Positions 1 to 11,159 of a DNA stretch of 47,874 bases are shown here, piece after piece; position 1 is the first letter of the stretch, and the number at the start of each line of letters is the position of its first letter. The stretch is from contig NC_069005.1 of assembly GCF_001194135.2 (NCBI RefSeq), forward strand, positions 1,521,112-1,568,985, written 5' to 3'. This DNA comes from Octopus bimaculoides (lineage: Eukaryota). The notes below the pieces were generated by a model that worked only from the letters and a program-made list of their open reading frames with translations, had not been told where the DNA came from and searched no databases. The position numbers and the translations under genes are program-made.

Positions 1-43
<43 letters not shown>

Positions 44-217
44 AATATATACACGTTTATATAATCGTTTTGCAAGATTCTTGATGTGAAATCGTGTGTT
101 GAAACAGATATTGTTGTATTTGGGGATGGTCATGTTGCCAGTTTACCCAATAAAAACACACGCACTATATATTTGGTGTTAATTTGCTTCAGCTTTATAT
201 TGCATTAATCGTATTTT

Positions 218-262
218 GGCCAGAGTTCTTTCGTCACACTTCTGTGACCTCATCAGTGGTCC
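218..262 (-). ncRNA. Minimal type I hammerhead-ribozyme-like motif, probably from a Penelope-like repeat end
   Basis: Minus strand GGACCA-CTGATGA-G-GTCAC-AGAAGT-GTGAC-GAAA-G-AA-C-TC-TGGCC: intact CUGAUGA/GAAA/UH core, 5-bp stem II, 2-bp stem III, bulged stem I. Folded by eye only. Confidence 0.5.
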
Positions 263-584
263 TTTGCTTTCTTCTTTCCTATTTGTGTATCTTTCCTTAC
301 GGAACGGCATCTCTCCCCTCCTCTCTTTGAACTTTAATCCCATCTGGTTTTTAATTGCCTTTATTTACGTTGTCTTGGGTTCAATTCTTGCTGTTCACAC
401 TTCAAATCTTAGTGTAATAAAACGAATAATATAAAAATATAAATATAATTACCTACACTTTATCTCTAGTCTTTGACAAGGAATCAGTGGAGCAAAACGA
501 TTTAGAATTCCAAATGCCAGTTTCAAACAGATGCAAGGGAAGTAACTGAAATTCTTTAACAGTAACATCCCTTAAATAAATGGG

Positions 585-620
<36 letters not shown>

Positions 621-712
621 GATCGATCTTTTAAAGAAGCTTATCCAGATTTAAATATCTGGATATAAATACAACTATTTCCATTACTTCTGCATAAGTT
701 TTCTATCATTAT

Positions 713-758
<46 letters not shown>

Positions 759-3232
759 CATCATTCTCATTTGACATCCGTCCTTCATAAGGGTACAGGA
801 TAGATTGTTCATTGCTGTCAGTGGCTGGTAGTGCAGAGGGGAACAGAAGAGACAGAGCTCAGTGAGGGAGTAATGAAAGGGAATGAGTAATGTGAGAGGG
901 AGAACGAATGATAAGGAGCTCCGACAAACGCACATACGATGTGGGTCTAGTTGAATAGACTCCCTCTGTCACATTCATTCTCTCCACCCAACAGCCTCTC
1001 ATAGTAGCCCTTCCATTATCCCTTTGTGTCGTGAGAGTTGTTACCATTCCACAAACACTTCTAACCAACAACATCTCACATTGTTCCAGTTCCCTGATGA
1101 CCAATCATAAACATCTTTTTTCTGTATGCCTGAAGTATTTCTCAGAACATGCAAACTTCTTCCTTTATTTCTCTCCCTTTGATAGGTATCGGTATGTCTG
1201 ATATTTTTCTTCTCTTCAAGCTATGTACTATTTTTCTTCATTAATCCTTTTATTCCCATCTGTCCAAGCCTAGCTCTTAACTTTTACAGTTCTACCTCAC
1301 ACTATTCAAGCATTGTGTTAACTTCAGTCAGTTGGTATCAGCCATATATGTGATCTGTAACCTTCAGCTGATTGTCTGGTAGAAACTCCTTGTTCTTGTC
1401 TATTATAAGCCTCTCTGTCCTCACCTTCTAATAGGATGCTTCAAGCAGTACATCTCTGAATTGCTGTTGGATGGTTCTTTAAATCTAAACTTCATGTAAA
1501 ACTCAGTATCAAATGTGACTGCATCAGTCAGTCCTGAAACACATGATATAACAAGAATCATACTAACTTTGTTTACATTCATTTGAAGGAAGTGATGAAG
1601 AGTTTAATGTCATGGAGAAAATCCTAATCCCTTCTCTCATTCATTTCTCTTCTGTAACAGAATCATAAGAAGACCAGGCTTTTGTCTCATCAGATTTTTT
1701 TATCATGAATTTATATAACCCTCTATATCTTCCTTCTCCAAATAATCTCAAGTCTCTGGGTCTATTTGGCTCTTACTCTGATATATCTAATCTCTAAACT
1801 GTGCTGGATGATACATTATTCATCAAGGATAAACTTAGCATTCACAATCGTCTGTCTATTCTGTTTTCTGGAGATAAGGAAGTCTATTTAAAGACTGGTG
1901 AACTGGTAGGACTATTAGAGCATCCAATATTTTAGTTTACAGTATTTTTTCTGGCTCTCTGCAATCTGAGTTCAGATCCTACCAAGGATGAAGTTTATTC
2001 AACTTGTATGTCCACCTAATTTTACTGATGATCAAGTCACTAATTGATTTCCTGCACTGCTGCTAATAATTAGGTTGTTTGTGCTCCAGAACTGCAGTAA
2101 TATTGATCCGTCCTTCTTGAAGGCTATCCATAGCCTATATTTAGTCTTTGGAAGCTTTCATGGTGTTTTCCAGCATTTCTATTCAAGTCACCAGATGCAA
2201 TGATGAAGTAACCTCAATTTGTCATTTGTCATTTGAGGTAAACGACAGAAGGGACCTTGTAAGAGTGGTCCTTCTGGTCACCAGCTCTTACTGTCACGTG
2301 TATGCCGAGATCAATGACACTGTTCAACTATTGATTGTCAGTCTAAGCTCAATTATCGTATTGTGATTCACTCTGATTATTCACCTCAATTGCATTATCT
2401 ATTCATTTCCCCTGCTTATGATATGCTTACATCACTCACTCCGTTGTGGTTACTAACCCAGAAGAATTTGAACTGCTGCTCTTTATCTGTGAGGACTTTG
2501 GCTGAGCTCCTCTTCCATCTTATCTCTTGTACATAACATACATCAACACTCTCTGCTCTAGCACCTCCATAATTTCTCTTAACTTACCTTTCAAGGTGCT
2601 GATGTTAATGAAGGCATCTCTGATGTTTTTTAAGCTGACTGGAAGACTGACATGCATATGTGTGTTTGTATACATACATACATATATACATACACACACA
2701 CACATATATATATATATATACATATATTTCAGTTTTGTATTTGTTTTCTTTGATGTTTTTTTTTTCATCCTACAAATGAAATCATGTGTATCTGGGGAAG
2801 GTCATTTGGCCAATAAAAACACACACGCTGATTTTCTTGCATGTTTTTTTTTTTTTATTAATAGTTAACCAGTTAACTAATTAATTGTTTGAGTGGTTGT
2901 TTGATCAACTGATAAATCAGTTGGTTTGTCAAAGTTCTTTCGTTGTCATTGGCAACCTCATCGATGATGCTCTCTCACTGTTCTGGGGTTTGTATCAACA
3001 AACTTTAGAACCATCAAATGTGGTTGGAATTTTTCAGACAAGAAAGAAAATTTCAAATGCAGTAAAAATAGCAGAGAAAGATTGAGTGTTTAACCCTTGT
3101 AAGACAGAAAAAAAGTTGGCATTCAAAATTGACTTTCTTGTCTGCAAAACACACATTATATATATATATATATATATCTACACATATATATATATATATA
3201 TTTGTGTGTGTGTGTGTGTATGTGTGTGTGTA

Positions 3233-3266
<34 letters not shown>

Positions 3267-3427
3267 ATCTAAGTGGGTACCGTAGTCGCATGTACCAGTT
3301 ATTAATACTGACTAACCTCCATGAGCGTATAAAATTCCAGTTGGTTTCATTTACTAACCTCAGTCTATCTTTACATCAGTAAATCCATATGTCTCTACCA
3401 TTACTTGCGTGTGTGTATTTGTGTATT

Positions 3428-3492
<65 letters not shown>

Positions 3493-3712
3493 TTGTATAG
3501 TGTGATTTAAATTAAAATGGCACGACATATCACCAGTATTTAGAACTTTATGTAGCAAAATAGAAAACTATCTTTCACTGGTCTCCAGAGTTTGAAAAAT
3601 CACAGAGTACATGTGAAAAGAAAAGAATAGAAAACATATATATGTGTGTATGTATGTGTGTATATATTTATATATATATATATGTATCCATGTATGCATA
3701 CATACATATGTG

Positions 3713-3749
<37 letters not shown>

Positions 3750-3959
3750 GTGTGTTTGTGTATGTGCAAGTGTATGTATGTGTGTGTATATTATTTTCAA
3801 AATTGAATATCAATGTACATATAAAGCTATCAATAATAATAATAGCATGTAAATACTTACATGCTGTACGTACAGCTTTATATAGACATCAAGATCCTAT
3901 TTCAACAAAGAATTCTTTTGCATTTTCTCAAATGTTTATAAATTCTTATGGCATCAACA

Positions 3960-3992
3960 ATATATATATGTATGTGTGTGTATATATGTATG

Positions 3993-4056
<64 letters not shown>

Positions 4057-4081
4057 TGTATATATATATATATATATATGC

Positions 4082-4113
<32 letters not shown>

Positions 4114-4115
4114 GC

Positions 4116-4155
<40 letters not shown>

Positions 4156-4270
4156 ATATATATATGTATGTACATATACATACATATATATGTATTTATA
4201 TACATATGTATTTATATACATATATATGTATTTATGTGTATGTATATAGATGTGTGTATGTATGCATGTA
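3960..4270. repeat. Compound (TA)n/(TATG)n microsatellite
   Basis: Seen directly; similar tracts at 1-50, 3160-3265, 3435-3490, 3640-3790, 17005-17045, 26020-26065 and 34310-34370. Confidence 0.95.
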
Positions 4271-5241
4271 TTAATGATACGAGGCAGAGCGTTGGTCTTT
4301 GTTGGAGCCATACGTAGTAATTGGTGTATCCTCTTTCATTGCCTGAAAATAGAAAATGGAATTTTATAGATTTTTTACAAATCAATTTTTTTTTTTGATT
4401 TTCACACAAAATTTTAGAGATATTAAAAACATATGTTGAATAAAGAAGACCTGCTTAGAAACAACGGTATCTTGATATCAGAAAGTTTTTGGAATTTATT
4501 TTGTCCTTTGGTTTATCCTCATCTAACAATCATCAGATATTATTAGTGCAGGTCTTCTACTTTTTGCAAGAGCTTGGGCTTAATCCTCTCAGAGGGATAG
4601 GCTTCCCCACAGTTTCTCAGTGGGAAAGGTTTCCAAGCAAAGACCCATGGTGCTATTAAACAAGAGCCCAACAGTTGGAGCATTATGGCCATATCTTGCT
4701 CTTCCCCAGTTCAAGAATGGTGCTCTTCTGAAAGAACAGAATTCTGAGAGATAAATTGATTGTTGTCAGCCTCCAGTTGGACATCCAAGACCAGCAGATG
4801 CAGACAGCAACTGCAAGTGGTAGCCTTAGTTTTTGGTTTCTTCTTCTTCCTCTACCTCCTCCTCCTTTAATGCCTGTTTTCCATGCTGGCATGGGTTGGA
4901 TGGTTTGACCACATCTGACAAGCCAGAGATCTGCACCAGGTTTCAGTCAGATTTGATTTGGGTTTCTATGGCTGTTTGCCCTTCCTAATGCCAACACAGT
5001 CAGCAATTTTGAGGGGAGGGGGACTAGTTGATACCATCAACCACAGTACTTAATTAGTGCTTGAAAGGACGAAAGACAAAGTTTACCTCGGTGGAATTTG
5101 CACTCAAAATGTAAAGAGATAGAAGCATTACCACCAAGCATTTGTTTCTGAAATGGTTCTGCCAGTTCACCACCACACCTGTAACATTTCTACCAACTCA
5201 CAGGTAAAACATTGATAATGAAAAACGAAATTATGTCTAAC

Positions 5242-5340
5242 CGAATATACGTTGTCATCCACATTTTGGTATTTCTTTTCTCGGTAAAAATTCTTTGATT
5301 TCAAAACATATAACATAATTATGTCTGCTACCACCGATGC
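5242..5340 (-). CDS. P2RX: P2X exon 10: ASVVADIIMLYVLKSKNFYREKKYQNVDDNVYS (3' boundary uncertain)
   Basis: Strong acceptor ttttttctctgtttcag|GCA; end of TM2 and YxxxK motif; candidate donors after 5251 (gtatat), 5242 (gttaga) or 5202 (gtgagt). Confidence 0.88.
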
Positions 5341-8300
5341 CTGAAACAGAGAAAAAACAATAAAAAATGGAATTTGGTGAAAAGGTTTCGTGTAATTTGT
5401 AAAAGATGCGAAAAAGTGATAGGAAACACTTCACTCCACAACACTGACTCAAAACCAAACTCTCTCTCTCACTCACTCACTATCTATCTATCCATCTATC
5501 TAGCTAGCTCTCTATCTATCTATCTATCTATCTATCTATCACTCCCTGTCTCTCTCTCTCTCTATTTCTATCTATCTAATTCTCTCTCTCTCTCTTTCTA
5601 TCTATCTAATTCTCTCTCTCTCTCTCTATTTCTATCTATCTAATTCTCTCTCTCCCTCTCTCTATTTCTATCTATCTAATTCTCTCTTTCTCTCTCTAAT
5701 TCTTTCTCCCTCTCTCTTATCTCATCATGTAGCTTCCAATCAAATTCTCTCTCTCACTCTCTCTCTTCCTCTAGCTTTCTATCTAATTCTCTCTCTCACT
5801 CTCTCTCTTTGTCTTGCTCTCTATCTAATCCTCTCTCTCTCCTTTGTTCTCAGTTTAACTGCCTTCCTCTCTCTCTTTCTATTTATCAATCTATATGTCT
5901 ATTCTCTTTTACACACTTTTTCTCTCTCTCTCTCACACACACACACAAGTAATAGCCAGATTACACTCAAATATATGTATATATATGTGTATATATGTAT
6001 ATATATATATATACACACCAGTGACAATAAAGCTAAACCACTTCCAAGATTTAACAAGAGGGGAACAATGCTGAACTTCCCTGCCCGTCCTTGGATTGTG
6101 ATGAGGAACTGGATTCCATAGGCCTTTATCAAAGTCCGCATCGATTGATTCTCATTTTGGAAATATTTTGCAAACCTGGACAAGTAGAACACACAGACAG
6201 GAAATATAGTGTTGTAATCTTTCAATTAGTGAATCTGTTAATCTCTTTTAATCTCTTAATCATTTAATTTTTTAATTGTTGGATATCTTAATTTTTTCAG
6301 TTATTTAGTTTGAAGGGATTTTACTGATGGTAATAATCTAAGTTCATATTTTCATATGGTACAGGATTCATCGATATCAGTTTCTTGGACAACTAAGTCA
6401 TAGAACATATAGCATGTATATGTGTATACATACATATATTTGTGTTGTGTGTGTGTGTGTGTGCACGTATATGTGTGTGTACATAAAAGTGTAGACAGAC
6501 AGACAGATAGGTAGAATACGTCTATACAGAAATATATAAAGGGCAATTAAGGTGAAAACAGGACTTGAAATAGCTGAGAGTGTTGTGTTTTGAGGTTGAC
6601 AAGATTATGGATTCTTACCTGAAATTAAATCCTTCTGATACAACGTTCGACCGATCCAATCGAGTGAACCTATATTCTGGTAAGCATTCGTCGAGAGAAA
6701 AGTCAAGGTTACAGTTCCAAACAATATTCACTTGAATTGAGGCCCCCTGGAAGAGCAAGAATTACAAGAACGGACAATCTAGAAATACAAGTTCAATGAT
6801 GTCACAAAAGAAATGTTCAGAACATAACATTGTAAACATACGTAATCAGAATAACTTATACTATCGTCATCATCATCGTCATCATCATTAAGTATATGTA
6901 TGTATATTGTATATGTGTCTATACATATAACTGACATGTTTGTATCTCTCTCTCTGTGGCCCTGTGTGTATCTATATATATATATATATATATATATATN
7001 NNNNNNNNNNNNNNNNNNNNNNNNNNNNNNNNNNNNNNNNNNNNNNNNNNNNNNNNNNNNNNNNNNNNNNNNNNNNNNNNNNNNNNNNNNNNNNNNNNNN
7101 NNNNNNNNNNNNNNNNNNNNNNNNNNNNNNNNNNNNNNNNNNNNNNNNNNNNNNNNNNNNNNNNNNNNNNNNNNNNNNNNNNNNNNNNNNNNNNNNNNNN
7201 NNNNNNNNNNNNNNNNNNNNNNNNNNNNNNNNNNNNNNNNNNNNNNNNNNNNNNNNNNNNNNNNNNNNNNNNNNNNNNNNNNNNNNNNNNNNNNNNNCGC
7301 CAACGATATCCACGAGGTTACATTGCTGCCTTCCTTAAATAATTGTTTCTAATTTAGGAAATTTTAAGGGTAGGGGGTAGAGAAGTAAGTCGATATTATC
7401 AGATCCCCCCCACCCCACTCCTCGCCCCACCCAGTAATTGATTGGTATTTCTTTTATTAACCTTGGAAAATGAAAGACAAAAGTTGACCCGAAAAAAATA
7501 ACCTCAAAGTTTTTTTCCTATGCTCAAACAATTTTGCCTGTTCATCACCTTCCTAACCTCATAGCTTCTAATTTAGATTCAAAGCCAGCAGTTTTGAGTC
7601 AACTCCAGCATATAGCTGGTACTTTATTTAATTAACTCTAAAAAGATGAAAAGTAAAGTCAATCTGGGCAGGATTTGAACTCAAAACACAAAGAGCTGAA
7701 AGAAATACTGCTAACCATTTTCCCACCAGTCTAACGAATTATCATCAGAAGAAAAATAAAAAGCAAAACGGATCTTGGAGGCAAAGAAAGTCAGAATTTT
7801 GAGTGAATTCCATAAAAAGAATTTGTTCTGTTCTAAGTGACAATACCATCATCGTGTTACATTATATTTTGGAAAAGTTTCACCTGAATCTGTCTTGATT
7901 TGACTTTTGTGAAGACAGAAAAGATATAAAAACAAGGAGAAACATGTCTGACAAGAGGAAGCAGGACTCTAAGAACATTTGTGTAGGAATATGGAAATAT
8001 TTTGGTTACGAGACAGGCTTAGAATTCTCCCTTATGTCTTCCTATGAAATATGATGCTCCAAGATACATCCCTAACAAGGCATTTAACCAAACACCCAGA
8101 AGTAAATGGAAGAAAGAGATTGAGAGAGGCAGGAAAGAGCAGTGAGAGGGGCAAGTTGGAAAATGAAATGTAAAGAAATCTCCTTACCATTTTCAGAATG
8201 CTTTCGGTACTGTCGTCTCCTTTTACTAAGTCTAAAATATCCTGAATTGTAAAGATGGGGCAAAAGCGATTTGTAGCATTTCGGGGATCATACCGGCATT

Positions 8301-10134
8301 TACTCAGCTGACGATTATTTTCAAAACCAATTATGTTACGTCTGAAATTGGATGGAGAGAGAGAGAGGAGGGAAAAAAATCACTAGAATATAACTGAGAT
8401 ATCAGGGAGAAGAAGACTAACAAGTAAGTCATTAATTAATCAGTCATTGGCCAATAAACACATGTGACCATGGAACTGATGGTTGCCACATTACAACATG
8501 TAGCTTTTAGAAGATCTGTATTCCTCAGGTTTGAGTATTGATCTATAATTATAATGAACTGAAACCTTTCTTGGACACTGAATTCTTCAAAGAACATTCA
8601 TATACAGGCTTACAGATGTTACAAGACATATTTTAGAGGACAGAATGGTTTGGTTTGGAGGAAAGGGTTCTGTTCAAAGCCTTCTCAATCCTCCAAGACT
8701 ACCGGTTATCATTCTGGTGCTAACTCTTTACAATGGCATTCAAAACCAAGTGTTGTAACAATATATAGAGACATTGTAGACTGTATCTAAGAATAGGCAA
8801 CTCAACAGATTGGTATGGAATCTCTCGGCAACAAACACCAGATGTGTGATTTCTTACATCTTGCTTTATACAATTTCAACAGCAGCCTCGACCCCTGTGC
8901 CTCCTTAGCCTTTGTGCCTCCTTAGCCTTTGTGCCTCTTTTGCCTTTGTGCCTCTTTTGCCTTTGTGCCTCCTTTGCGTTTGTGCCTGCTCCGCTCAAAG
9001 CTCTACCACATCACTTGTCTCTCTTCCTCTTATCTCTTTATTGTGCTCGCTTCCATGCCCTGCACTAACCATCATTACCCCCACCAGACAACATAACAAG
9101 ATTCTTATGAAAACCATTTTCCAGATCAACAGATGCAAACTAAAAATGTTTGTTCTTAAGTTTGGATGCTGTGAGGAGAGGAATCTGACATTACAAGACC
9201 GGACCTTCATCTGAAGAAAGAGATTTTCCAACCGAGGTGTTTAGACACTACCAAGAATCCTTAAGAACAAAGCGAAAATGAGGAGGGAATGGTAAACATA
9301 TGGACTGGGGCCAAGTAATGAATAAAGAATAAAAAAAAAAGAGGAATTAAAAGAACTCATATTTTATAAGGTTTAATTAGAGGTCAATGAATAAAAGGGA
9401 TGAAGTGGTTGACTGTGTGGGGTGAGTGGGCAGGTTGGGGGAGAGGTGATGGAGGGAAGGGTTTTTTTCGCTAAGAATTTGTTTTGCAGTTGTGTCCCTA
9501 CAGATGCTGTATCTGTCATTCCACATTTTGGGGCAAAAAAGCAACAAAAAAAAAAAAATAATAAAAATCAAAGCTGAAGAATAAGCTTTATGGTTCTTCA
9601 TATTTCAGAAAGGACTCAACTCAGCTGTAAAAGAACTGCAATTATTAAGGGTAGCAGCTGCACTACTACTACTACTACNNNNNNNNNNNNNNNNNNNNNN
9701 NNNNNNNNNNNNNNNNNNNNNNNNNNNNNNNNNNNNNNNNNNNNNNNNNNNNNNNNNNNNNNNNNNNNNNNNNNNNNNNNNNNNNNNNNNNNNNNNNNNN
9801 NNNNNNNNNNNNNNNNNNNNNNNNNNNNNNNNNNNNNNNNNNNNNNNNNNNNNNNNNNNNNNNNNNNNNNNNNNNNNNNNNNNNNNNNNNNNNNNNNNNN
9901 NNNNNNNNNNNNNNNNNNNNNNNNNNNNNNNNNNNNNNNNNNNNNNNNNNNNNNNNNNNNNNNNNNNNNNNNNNNNNNNNNNNNNNNNNNNNNNNNNNNN
10001 NNNNNNNNNNNNNNNNNNNNNNNNNNNNNNNNNNNNNNNNNNNNNNNNNNNNNNNNNNNNNNNNNNNNNNNNNNNNNNNNNNNNNNNNNNNNNNNNNNNN
10101 NNNNNNNNNNNNNNNNNNNNNNNNNNNNNNNNNN

Positions 10135-10196
<62 letters not shown>

Positions 10197-11117
10197 AACA
10201 TATACACATAGTCTCTCTGTCACTCTTACATACATGCACACATAATCTCTCACTTTCTCTCACACATAAGGACACATAATCGATCTCTCTCCATATCTCT
10301 CTCTCTTTCTATTTCCCTCTCTCTTTCCATCTCTCTCCCTTACCACCACCCCTCTCTCTCTCTCTGTTTGTGTGTGAGCATATTTCTCTTTATGTCTCTG
10401 AGGAGAGGGAAAATATCAATGCCAGTCGTGTTTAATAAATCAATCATTTTGTCTCTTTCTCTTTCTATCTGTATGCGCATATTTCTGCATATGCGCATGC
10501 ATTACGTGTGTGTGTTAGTGTGTATGCATGTATGTTTGTGTGCAATAAAACATGCTGAATGTGCAGCGAGCTGTGACAAATCATTTGCATTCAAACAGCT
10601 GCGCCTGAGATCGTATTTTATTCCCGCAACACGGAAGTGTGCTCGAAGTGTGCATTGGTGGGGGAGAAGAATCTTCTGGAAAAACTGTTGAAAACATGAT
10701 GATGATGATAATAATTATTCCAAATTTTGGCTCAAAGCCAGTAATTTTGGGGGCAGAGGATAAGTCAATTACATCGACCCCCAGTACACAACTGGTACTT
10801 ATGTTATCAGCCCCAAAAGAACAAAAGCTAAAGTGGACCTCAGTAGAATTTGAACTCGGAACATATAACACGGATGGAGACGCCACTTAGACACTAGCAA
10901 CCGTGCCAGCTTGTCACCTTTGGCACAGTTTTGGAGGGGAAGGGGACTAGTCGATAACATTGACCCCAGTATTTCACTGGTACTTAATTTATCAACCCCG
11001 AAAGGATGAAAGGCAAAGTGGACCTCAGCAGAATTTGAACTCAGAACATAGCATCAGGTGAAATACCACTAAGCATTTCCCCTGGTGTGCTAATGATTCT
11101 GCCAGCTCACCATCTTC

Positions 11118-11159
<42 letters not shown>

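Noticed and set aside
780-2520. Mixed non-microsatellite sequence that may be decayed retroelement
   Set aside because: Could not recover diagnostic motifs by eye; needs RepeatMasker or tblastx, so no family was assigned.
2929-2982. Possible P2X terminal exon NSERASSMRLPMTTKEL*
   Set aside because: Weak acceptor, and the segment is part of a dispersed repeat also seen at about 218-262 and 20320-20430.
2520-4409. Many Y/I/C/V/H/T-rich ORFs, plus X-filled ORFs across gaps elsewhere
   Set aside because: Translations of (TA)n, (TG)n and (CA)n microsatellites or N runs.
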